NCBI GenBank assembly: GCA_022614805.1
Contig: JAKEHY010000022.1
Location: 15,903 to 79,902, forward strand
Reading direction: 5' to 3'
Length of the DNA: 64,000 nt
Source: Candidatus Zixiibacteriota bacterium
Lineage (GTDB): Bacteria; Zixibacteria; MSB-5A5; DSPP01
Shown one piece after another: positions 49,316-57,055 of this stretch; within the stretch, counting starts at the first letter, position 1, and every line of letters starts with the position of its first letter. The notes beneath the pieces were generated by a model. The model was given only the letters and a program-made list of their open reading frames with translations, ran no database searches and had not been told where the DNA came from. The position numbers and the translations under genes are program-made.

Positions 49316-52011
49316 GCCTTTGCCTCCAGCCAGTTCGGCCCGACTCCGACGTCCACCTTCAAAGGAACTTTCAACTTGATGACCCCCTCCATTTTCTCCT
49401 TCACCATTTCCTTCACCCAGTCCAACTCCGAGCGGTGCGCGTCGAAAACCAATTCATCGTGAACTTGCAGAATCATCTTGGACTTTTTCCCCACCATTTC
49501 GGCATCCACGGCAATCATCGCCGCTTTGATGACGTCTGCCGCCGAGCCCTGCAGCGGGGTGTTGATGGCCGTCCGCTCGGCAAAGCTCCGCAGTTGAAAG
49601 TTTTCGGAATTGATTTCCGGAATGAAGCGCCGCCGCCCCATCAAGGTGGTGACGAATCCCTCCTCCCGCGCCTGGGCAATGGCCTTTTGCTGAAATTCCT
49701 TCACTCCCGGATAGCGGGCGAAATAGGTTTCCATAAATAGCTTGGCGTCCTTGGGGTCCATTTCGGTCTGCTGCGCCAGCCCATAGGCCGACCCGCCGTA
49801 AACGATGGAAAAATTGGCGATTTTCGCCACCCGCCTCTGTTCGGGGTTGATTTTGTCCGGGAGAACGCCAAAAACCTCCGCCGCCGTGCGGGCGTGAATG
49901 TCTTCATCCCGGTGAAAGGCTGCTATCATCGCCTCATCTTCCGCATAGTGGGCCAAAAGTCGCAGCTCGATTTGGGAATAGTCGGCGGATAAAATTTGAT
50001 AATCCGGCCCGGAGGGAACAAACGCCTTGCGGATTTCCCCTCCCCGCTCGGTGCGGATGGGAATGTTTTGCAGATTCGGCTCCACCGACGAAAGCCGCCC
50101 GGTGGCGGCGATGGTCTGGTTGTAAGAGGTGTGCAGTCGTCCCGTCGAAGATTTGACGGAGGCCGGCAAAGCATCCACGTAGGTCGATTTCAGCTTGAAA
50201 AGGGAACGGTACTCCAAAAGCAGCCGGGGAAGTTCATGCTCCTTGGCCAACTCCTCCAAAACGCCGACGTCGGTGGACAAAGCGGTCTTTTTGGCCGTCT
50301 TGCGTTTGGACTTGAGCCGCAGTTCTTCAAATAGAACCTTCCCCAACTGCTGGGGAGAGTTGATGTTGAATTCATGCCCGGCCAAATCACAAATCTTGGC
50401 CGCCAGCCGGTTCAAATCCCTTTGCAGTTCGGCCGACATCTCCGTCAGAAGCCCGGTATCCAGCTTTACGCCGTTGGCCTCCACCCGCACCAGAACCGGA
50501 ATCAAGGGGGCCTCGATATTCCAATACAGTTCTTCCAACTTCGCTTCCTTTAATTTTGGAGCCAAAGCCACCTCCAACCGCAGGGTGAAATCGGCGTCCT
50601 CGGCCGAGTATTCAGTCGCTTGGGCGATGTTTGTTTCCGCGAACGACTTCTGTTTCTTGCCGGAGCCGATTAAATCGGAAATCGGAATCATTTTGTGGTT
50701 GAAATATTTCAAAGCCATGAAATCCAGCCCGTGCTGGCGGCTGGTGGGGTCCAAAAGATAGGAAGCCAGCATCGTGTCAAACAGCCGGTTTTTTATCTCC
50801 CCCCCGGCCCGCCGCATCACCTGATAATCATATTTGATGTTCTGCCCCACCATTGTGAGCGCCGGATTGGATAACACCGGCTGTAAAACGGAGAGCGCCT
50901 CCTTTAGGGAAAGATTCTTCCCTTCCCGGTGCCCCACCGGAACGTAAAAAGCCTCTTTCTCCCGGACGGCCAAAGAAAGGCCGACCAGCTCGGCCTCCAG
51001 CGGGTCCAAAGCGGTGGTCTCGGTGTCAAAGCCGAACTTTTTCTCTTTCTCGATCCATTCCACCAGTCCCTTCAAGGCGGACAGAGTCTCGACCGTTTCG
51101 TAGCGGACTTTCTCCTTCTTCTCCGGCAGTTCCCCCACGAATTTCAAAAGGGCGCGAAATTCCATCCCGATGAAAAAATCCTTCAATTCGACCGGGTCGA
51201 AGGGGCGCCGCTCGAAATCCTCTAATTTCCAGTCAAACGGCACATTCGTGTCGATGGTCACCAGCTGACGGGACAAGATAGCGCTCTCTTTATGAGTCAG
51301 CACGTTCTCCCGCAGCTTTTCTTTCTTGATGGAGCCGGCTTTTTCTAAAAGCTTTTCGGCGCTGCCGTATTCCTTTATCAAATCAATTGCCGTCTTGGGC
51401 CCCACGCCGGGAATGCCGGGAACGTTGTCGGAAGTGTCCCCCATCAAGGATAGAAGGTCGATGATTCGTTCCGGCGGCACCCCCATTTTTTGCTCCACCC
51501 CGCCCTCGTCCAAAAATTCCATCTCCTCTCCCCCCTTCTGCGGCACCATCATCACGATGCCGTCCCCCACCAGCTGCATAAAATCCTTGTCCCCCGCCAC
51601 GATGACGGTCCGCACCTTCTTTTTGGACGCTTCGAGGGCAATGGTGCCGATAAGGTCGTCAGCCTCGTAACCGTCCCGTTCGACCAAAGGCAGATTCATC
51701 TTTTCCACCAGTTCCCGGATTTTGGGCAGTTGGGTGACCATATCCTCCGGCATCTTCAGCCGGGTCGATTTGTATTCCGGATAAATTTTATGCCGGAAGG
51801 TGGGGGCCTTGGTGTCGAAAACCACCGCCAGATAGTCCGGTTTCTGCTCGTTTAGGATTTTAAAAAGGGAGTTGGCGAAGCCGAAAACGGCCGAGGTATT
51901 CTCCCCGCGCGAGTTGATTAAGGGGTTGCGGATGAAGGCAAAGTAGGAGCGGTAGGCCAGAGCCGAGCCGTCCACCAAAAAAAGCCGGGGGCGCTTCTCC
52001 ATCCAGGCCAA
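49312..52011 (-). CDS. polA: DNA polymerase I
   Basis: 5'-3' exonuclease (VDGS..YRSY), 3'-5' exonuclease (FDTET), polymerase motifs DYSQIELR and QVHDEL. Confidence 0.98.
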   Translation of the reverse strand: MAWMEKRPRLFLVDGSALAYRSYFAFIRNPLINSRGENTSAVFGFANSLFKILNEQKPDYLAVVFDTKAPTFRHKIYPEYKSTRLKMPEDMVTQLPKIRELVEKMNLPLVERDGYEADDLIGTIALEASKKKVRTVIVAGDKDFMQLVGDGIVMMVPQKGGEEMEFLDEGGVEQKMGVPPERIIDLLSLMGDTSDNVPGIPGVGPKTAIDLIKEYGSAEKLLEKAGSIKKEKLRENVLTHKESAILSRQLVTIDTNVPFDWKLEDFERRPFDPVELKDFFIGMEFRALLKFVGELPEKKEKVRYETVETLSALKGLVEWIEKEKKFGFDTETTALDPLEAELVGLSLAVREKEAFYVPVGHREGKNLSLKEALSVLQPVLSNPALTMVGQNIKYDYQVMRRAGGEIKNRLFDTMLASYLLDPTSRQHGLDFMALKYFNHKMIPISDLIGSGKKQKSFAETNIAQATEYSAEDADFTLRLEVALAPKLKEAKLEELYWNIEAPLIPVLVRVEANGVKLDTGLLTEMSAELQRDLNRLAAKICDLAGHEFNINSPQQLGKVLFEELRLKSKRKTAKKTALSTDVGVLEELAKEHELPRLLLEYRSLFKLKSTYVDALPASVKSSTGRLHTSYNQTIAATGRLSSVEPNLQNIPIRTERGGEIRKAFVPSGPDYQILSADYSQIELRLLAHYAEDEAMIAAFHRDEDIHARTAAEVFGVLPDKINPEQRRVAKIANFSIVYGGSAYGLAQQTEMDPKDAKLFMETYFARYPGVKEFQQKAIAQAREEGFVTTLMGRRRFIPEINSENFQLRSFAERTAINTPLQGSAADVIKAAMIAVDAEMVGKKSKMILQVHDELVFDAHRSELDWVKEMVKEKMEGVIKLKVPLKVDVGVGPNWLEAKA

Positions 52012-52036
52012 TATAAGAAAAATGCCTTCCGAAAAG

Positions 52037-52067
52037 AAAAAAGCCGCCCGGAACGGGCGGTTTTTTT
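52037..52067. terminator. Rho-independent terminator (bidirectional shape)
   Basis: A-run, GCCGCCCG-GAA-CGGGCGGT, T-run. Confidence 0.85.
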
Positions 52068-52087
52068 AAAACTTGTCGAGGAAAAAC

Positions 52088-52279
52088 CTACGGATTTACC
52101 AGCGATTTGCGGGCCGGGCCGGGAGGATTGGTCTTTTGAAACTCGTTCAGCTTTTGCACGGCTTCGTCCATCCGCTTGATTTTGCGGTGGGCCTCGTCCA
52201 ATTTTTCATTAACCTTGATCACCGCATACGCCAAAGCGATGACCGAAAGCGCAATCGCAACCGAGGTGACGTCACCCAT
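52088..52279 (-). CDS. Small single-TM coiled-coil protein
   Basis: 63 aa; SD AAGGAG upstream; terminator downstream. Confidence 0.65.
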   Translation of the reverse strand: MGDVTSVAIALSVIALAYAVIKVNEKLDEAHRKIKRMDEAVQKLNEFQKTNPPGPARKSLVNP

Positions 52280-52292
52280 TCTCTCTCCTTTT

Positions 52293-52469
52293 ATTGACCC
52301 CTCAATCCAATCATCGGCCGCCCCGGCGGTTTCCTTAACCCGAAAAAGGCGGATGGTGACTGCGCGAGCCGCCCCAATCGGGCTAAACTCAAGGGGATTT
52401 TTAGCCGTAGTGGAAGAATGAGGATGATAAAAACTCCGTCCGCTTCAAAAGTTCCTGTCGGGGGTCAAT
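52293..52469 (+). ncRNA. Candidate ~180-nt structured RNA
   Basis: 9-bp closing stem ATTGACCCC/GGGGTCAAT, with nested GCGGATGG/CCGTCCGC and GGCTAAA/TTTAGCC helices. Confidence 0.4.
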
Positions 52470-52540
52470 TTATGGCCAAAACCGGGCCGGTCAACTTTTT
52501 AGTTGACAGAACGGCCAAAAAGATGTAAATATTGTAGCCT

Positions 52541-53233
52541 ATGCCGCGATGGCTGGATGCCGCCTTGGCCGTTTTTTTCCTCATACTGACTGCCCCCTTG
52601 TGGCTCTTTTTGATTCTCTGGATTAAGCTGGACAGCCGCGGCCCCGCTTTTTTCCGCCAGTTGCGGGTCGGAAAGGAAGGGCGGCTTTTCTGGCTGTGGA
52701 AATTCCGCGGAATGGTGGAAAACGGCTCCAACGGCAACGGCTACCATTCCAACATCACGGTCAAAAACGACCCGCGGGTCTCCCGCGCGGGCCGTTTTCT
52801 GCGGGCCACCAAAATGGACGAACTCCCCCAGTTGATTAACATCTTGAAGGGGGAAATGACCTTTGTCGGCCCCCGGCCGGAAGTGCCTGAAATGATACAA
52901 AAATATCCGCCCCGCGCCCTGGACGTGCTGACCTTCAAACCCGGTCTCACCTGCCCGGGAACCCTTACCTATGTCTTGCAGATGGAGCAATACCTCCCCG
53001 CCAACGGAGAGGCGGAGGAATTCTATTTGAAAAACCTGGTGGAAAAAAAGGCCCGGCTGGACCTGATGTATTTGCAGAAGCGGGACGTCGCTACCGACCT
53101 GCGCTTGATATTCGTTTCCACCCCCTGGGCGATTGCCAAGCGGGTCAGCCGCCAGCTTTTCCGGCCGCCCAAAAAGCTTTCGCTTCCGCTGGAAGTGCCC
53201 GAACCCCGCCTCGAAGAAAAAGTTTCCGCCTAA
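52541..53233 (+). CDS. Bacterial sugar transferase (priming phosphoglycosyltransferase)
   Basis: DSRGP, KFRGM, DPRV, KMDELPQLINILKGEMTFVGPRPE. Confidence 0.93.
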   Translation: MPRWLDAALAVFFLILTAPLWLFLILWIKLDSRGPAFFRQLRVGKEGRLFWLWKFRGMVENGSNGNGYHSNITVKNDPRVSRAGRFLRATKMDELPQLINILKGEMTFVGPRPEVPEMIQKYPPRALDVLTFKPGLTCPGTLTYVLQMEQYLPANGEAEEFYLKNLVEKKARLDLMYLQKRDVATDLRLIFVSTPWAIAKRVSRQLFRPPKKLSLPLEVPEPRLEEKVSA

Positions 53234-54066
53234 AACGATTCCACGTAAATCAGCCGCAGCTCCCGGCCGAAGCTCCCCACCCCGGTGCGGTTTTGAAACA
53301 TATCCCTGAAATCCGCCTCCAGCCACAAATTCTCGGAAAAAAGCCAGCGCACGCCCAAATTCAAATACCCCCAGCCCCTCCCGAACTGCTTTTGGTTTTT
53401 GTCGTCGTCGAAGGCAAAGTCATATTCCGCCAGCAAAGCGACGTAGTTGGAAATGCGGGTGTCCTGGCCGATGAAAAAACTGGGGCTTTGGTCGCCGTCC
53501 TTTTCCCCTTCAAACGGGTTGTAATTTACCCCTCCGTGAAAGCCGGCCGCCAGCCCCGACAGGCTGTAGGTTTTGGTGGCGACGGCGAAAAAACCTTTTG
53601 ATTTGATGAGGTAGCGGTCCAGGCTGTCGATGTAAGGGCCGAACCCCTGCCGCTCGTACCCCAGGGCAACCGCTGGCATGTACCAGTTCTCGTCGAAAAT
53701 TTTGTACTTGGCGAAAAACTCCACCCGCGGGTTCCACTCGGGCGGCTCGTCGCTGACCAGGTTCTGGGCCCCGTAGGCGATGCCGAACATAAACCGGCTG
53801 AAAACACCGACGTTTAACGCCAGTTGCGCCCCGCCGGAGGGGTAAACCCGGCCGTCCACTTCGAAAACTCCCCGCGGCAGGCTGGACGCGGTGGGAGCGT
53901 CAATGACCCGCCGGGGCTCCAGCAAATTGGTGCGCGGGTAGCGCTCGGACGGCGAATCTATCCTTTTGGTGTCGGCCCGGCTGCCGTTGGGAAAGCAAAG
54001 GAAAACCAGAGCGGCTGAAGCGAAAATTCCCCCCCAAATCCTATTTTGGTACCGGCGCGCCTTCAT
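53230..54066 (-). CDS. YjbH-like outer-membrane beta-barrel protein
   Basis: Signal peptide; IDAPTA, amphipathic strands, terminal Phe; SD GAGGAGG. Confidence 0.7.
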   Translation of the reverse strand: MKARRYQNRIWGGIFASAALVFLCFPNGSRADTKRIDSPSERYPRTNLLEPRRVIDAPTASSLPRGVFEVDGRVYPSGGAQLALNVGVFSRFMFGIAYGAQNLVSDEPPEWNPRVEFFAKYKIFDENWYMPAVALGYERQGFGPYIDSLDRYLIKSKGFFAVATKTYSLSGLAAGFHGGVNYNPFEGEKDGDQSPSFFIGQDTRISNYVALLAEYDFAFDDDKNQKQFGRGWGYLNLGVRWLFSENLWLEADFRDMFQNRTGVGSFGRELRLIYVESF

Positions 54067-54186
54067 TTTCATCCCTCCTCGCCTTAAAGCGATGCTTAAA
54101 TAGAAGCGCCCGAACCGGTTTGTCAACAAAAATTTAAGCTTGTGAAAAAAATATTTTCTCCCCCAAAGTGGAGACGGTCAAAAAAC

Positions 54187-54858
54187 CTACTCCACTCGCC
54201 GATAGAGCCGCTTTGTCCGGATATACCGCTCCACCCCCTCCGGAACCAGGTAGCGGACGCTCTGCCCGACCCGAATGCGCCGACGCAAATCGGTGGATGA
54301 AATTTCCAGCCGGGGATTGGAAAGCCAGTAGGCACGCTCCATCCAGACGGGGACTTTTTCACTTGTTCCGAGCGTTGTCGAGGAATCCGTCCGGGGGCGG
54401 TGGGCAAAGACCGGCGTGGCCATTGAAAAAACTTTTTCCGGCTCCTTCCAGGAGCGCAGTTCCGATAAATTGTCCGACCCCAAAAGCAGGAAAAACCGGG
54501 TCTTCGGATGTTTTTTTCGCAAAAGCGGCAAAGTCTCCACCGTGTAGGAAACCCCTCCCTTTTCTTTTTCGATGGTCAAAACCTTGAAACGGGGATTTAC
54601 CAAAACGGCCAGCCGAACCATCTCCAGCCGGTGCCGGAAAGAAGTTATCCGCCGTCCCTGTTTGTGGGGCGGCCGCAAAGCGGGGAGAAACCAGACCTCG
54701 TCTAATTTTAATTCCTCCAGGGCGCTTTGGGCCAAAACGAGATGGGCCTGGTGGGGCGGGTCGAAAGTCCCTCCCAAAAGCCCGATTTTGTTGAAAACCC
54801 CGAGCGACTTGTCCCGGCTGAAATGGAGGGAAGCCGGGGGGCGGCGGGCTTTGGGCAT
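54187..54858 (-). CDS. nadD: Nicotinate-nucleotide adenylyltransferase
   Basis: GGTFDPPHQAH, SYTVET, LGSD, ISSTDLR. Confidence 0.95.
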   Translation of the reverse strand: MPKARRPPASLHFSRDKSLGVFNKIGLLGGTFDPPHQAHLVLAQSALEELKLDEVWFLPALRPPHKQGRRITSFRHRLEMVRLAVLVNPRFKVLTIEKEKGGVSYTVETLPLLRKKHPKTRFFLLLGSDNLSELRSWKEPEKVFSMATPVFAHRPRTDSSTTLGTSEKVPVWMERAYWLSNPRLEISSTDLRRRIRVGQSVRYLVPEGVERYIRTKRLYRRVE

Positions 54859-55635
54859 TTACTTTTTGGCGGCTTCGAGGGCGGCTAAATCAGAGTTTTT
54901 TTTTAGCCTTTCCCGCACCTCGCCGGAATGCTTGTGGCCGGGATAGAGGGACAAAAAGGCCTCGTATTTGGCGCGTGCTTCGGCGAACTTTTTTTCTTTT
55001 TCCAAGGACAGGGCAAAAAGGTACAGCGCTTCCGCTCCGAAGTTGGACTCGCCATACTCGTCGATGACCCCCTGCAAATAAATCCGGGCCGCCGTATAGT
55101 CTCCCATTTTGAAATACAGACGGCCGATGGAAAAATCCTTCTTGGCCAGCCGGTCCAGAGCCATTGCCAGAAGCGCCCGGGCCGAATCGGCATAGGCGCA
55201 GCCGGCCCATTCTTCGAGAAAGCCGCGCAACGCCTCCACCGCCGCGGCGGCATCCTTCTGGTCGTAGGCCGGATTTTTGGGGGCCAGGAGAAATTGAGAG
55301 TAATGGGTGTAATATTCCGCTTGGCAGGCCAGGGGGCTGGAGGGAAAATTCCGGTTGATTTTTCTGAACTCCTCCGCCGCCAGAATGAACAGCTCCTGCC
55401 GAAAGTAGGTGACGCCCAGCATAAACTGGGCCGTGTCGATGGCCGGATGGCCGGGATAGTTCAAAATCATCTTGGACAGCTCGGACGAGGCCTTGGCCCA
55501 CTTTTTCTTTTCGAAAAGCTGCCGGCAGCGGGTCATCTGCTCCGGCGCCGGCAAAACCGCTTCCTCTTTTTCATCCCGGGCGCCTCCGCAACCCAAGGCC
55601 AGCAAAAGCAAAAAAAGAAGGGTAAGCGGCCTCAA
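54859..55635 (-). CDS. bamD: Outer-membrane protein assembly factor BamD
   Basis: Lipobox LALGC, TPRs, YDQ..A, LAKKDFSIGRLY. Confidence 0.85.
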   Translation of the reverse strand: MRPLTLLFLLLLALGCGGARDEKEEAVLPAPEQMTRCRQLFEKKKWAKASSELSKMILNYPGHPAIDTAQFMLGVTYFRQELFILAAEEFRKINRNFPSSPLACQAEYYTHYSQFLLAPKNPAYDQKDAAAAVEALRGFLEEWAGCAYADSARALLAMALDRLAKKDFSIGRLYFKMGDYTAARIYLQGVIDEYGESNFGAEALYLFALSLEKEKKFAEARAKYEAFLSLYPGHKHSGEVRERLKKNSDLAALEAAKK

Positions 55636-55638
55636 TCC

Positions 55639-56367
55639 CTATCCTTCCGCCAGAACCGGATACCGGCGCGCCAGCCGCCCGTACTGGGCTTTCACTTTTC
55701 CGGAAAAATCTTGGGGAAGAGGGGTCCCGGCGGCCAGCCAGCGGGCCACCTGTTCCTCCCCGTAATTGTAGGCGGTCAACGTCGCATCAATCTCTTTGAA
55801 CCTTCTGCCCAACTCCCAGAGATAATACCCGGCCAAATTGATGTTCGTTTCCGGCTCGTGCAAACGCTCGAGGGCCTCCCACGACAGCCGGTGGCGCAAA
55901 ATGATTCCGAACGCCACCGACGGTTTGACCTGCAGCAAGCCCACCGCCCCCTTCTCGGAAACCGCCCCGTTTTTAAACGAGCTTTCGGTCATAATCAAAG
56001 CAAAAATCCAGAGGGGCGAAACCTCCAAATTCTGCGACCAGTTCCAGACCGCCTGGGCGATTTTCTCTTTCTCCGGCAGGGAAAAACCATAGGAAAGCTC
56101 CTCCACCGTGCGGAAGGTCTCCAGCCGCAACTCCAGCTCCCGGATGCGCCCCTCGTTGATTAAAAGCTTCCGTTCCAGCCCGATTCGCCCGTAAATCAAA
56201 AAACCCAATGCCGCGGTCTCCAGCAAATAGACCGCCAGACCGAAAAAGAAAACCGGCAGCGGGAGCCGCAGCAGCCGGCGCCTTTTCTTTTTGGGGAAAG
56301 CCGGACGGACGGAAAAAACCGCTTCCGCCGTCTGTCCGATTTTGTCTTTCACCCGTCCGATACGCAT
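55639..56367 (-). CDS. Lytic transglycosylase (SLT domain)
   Basis: TESSF, GAVGLLQV, AYNYG; N-terminal TM helix. Confidence 0.9.
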   Translation of the reverse strand: MRIGRVKDKIGQTAEAVFSVRPAFPKKKRRRLLRLPLPVFFFGLAVYLLETAALGFLIYGRIGLERKLLINEGRIRELELRLETFRTVEELSYGFSLPEKEKIAQAVWNWSQNLEVSPLWIFALIMTESSFKNGAVSEKGAVGLLQVKPSVAFGIILRHRLSWEALERLHEPETNINLAGYYLWELGRRFKEIDATLTAYNYGEEQVARWLAAGTPLPQDFSGKVKAQYGRLARRYPVLAEG

Positions 56368-56436
56368 AGGCTTTTTATCCAGAGGCCAAAGAGGCTCCCC
56401 CCCATTATAGGTCGGTAATCCGGCCCCGTCCATTCA

Positions 56437-57054
56437 CTAAAGCGAAAGGTCGGTCACCTTCACGCCGGCCGGTACTTCAAAGGCGAACTTTTTGGGGTTT
56501 ATTTTGAGGTTTCGGGCGGTGCGCAAAAATTTCACCGTCACCGAATCCCCCGCCTCCTCCCAGCTCATCGAGCTGATAAGAAAGCTTTTGGGATGAAAGG
56601 CCAAAACCACCGGCGCTCCGGCCGCGTCCCGGGCTTTCGGCACCAGCCGCAAAACGACGGAGCCGGAGTTTTGCTTCACCAGTTCCCCCCGGAATTCCCT
56701 TTTCAACCGGTCTAAAATTTCCTTGGGGCGGAAAGGCGTTTGCGCCCGCGCCCGTTTCTGTTTTTGGACTTCCTTTTCAGAGGGGGAATACACCCACAGG
56801 TAGGCCCCGTCGTACACTTCCACCCGGCCGGGGACAGCCAGCCGCCAGCGCCCCGCATCCGCCCAGAACTCCCCCCGCCAGATTTCCGCTTTCTTGAAAA
56901 CCGCGTGCACGGTTTTTTGCTCAAAGCGGACGTACAGCCGTTCGGCTTCGTCGTAGTGCCGGTAGAGCCGGTCCAGCCATTCGCCGGACGTGGCCGCGCC
57001 CGTGCCGCCGGCAGCGGTCAAAAACAAAATCGAAGCCAAAAACGCCTTTTTCAT
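56437..57054 (-). CDS. lolA: Outer-membrane lipoprotein carrier LolA
   Basis: Signal peptide; FEQ, YDG..LWVY, FAFEVPAGV; directly downstream of ftsK. Confidence 0.82.
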   Translation of the reverse strand: MKKAFLASILFLTAAGGTGAATSGEWLDRLYRHYDEAERLYVRFEQKTVHAVFKKAEIWRGEFWADAGRWRLAVPGRVEVYDGAYLWVYSPSEKEVQKQKRARAQTPFRPKEILDRLKREFRGELVKQNSGSVVLRLVPKARDAAGAPVVLAFHPKSFLISSMSWEEAGDSVTVKFLRTARNLKINPKKFAFEVPAGVKVTDLSL

Positions 57055-57055
57055 C

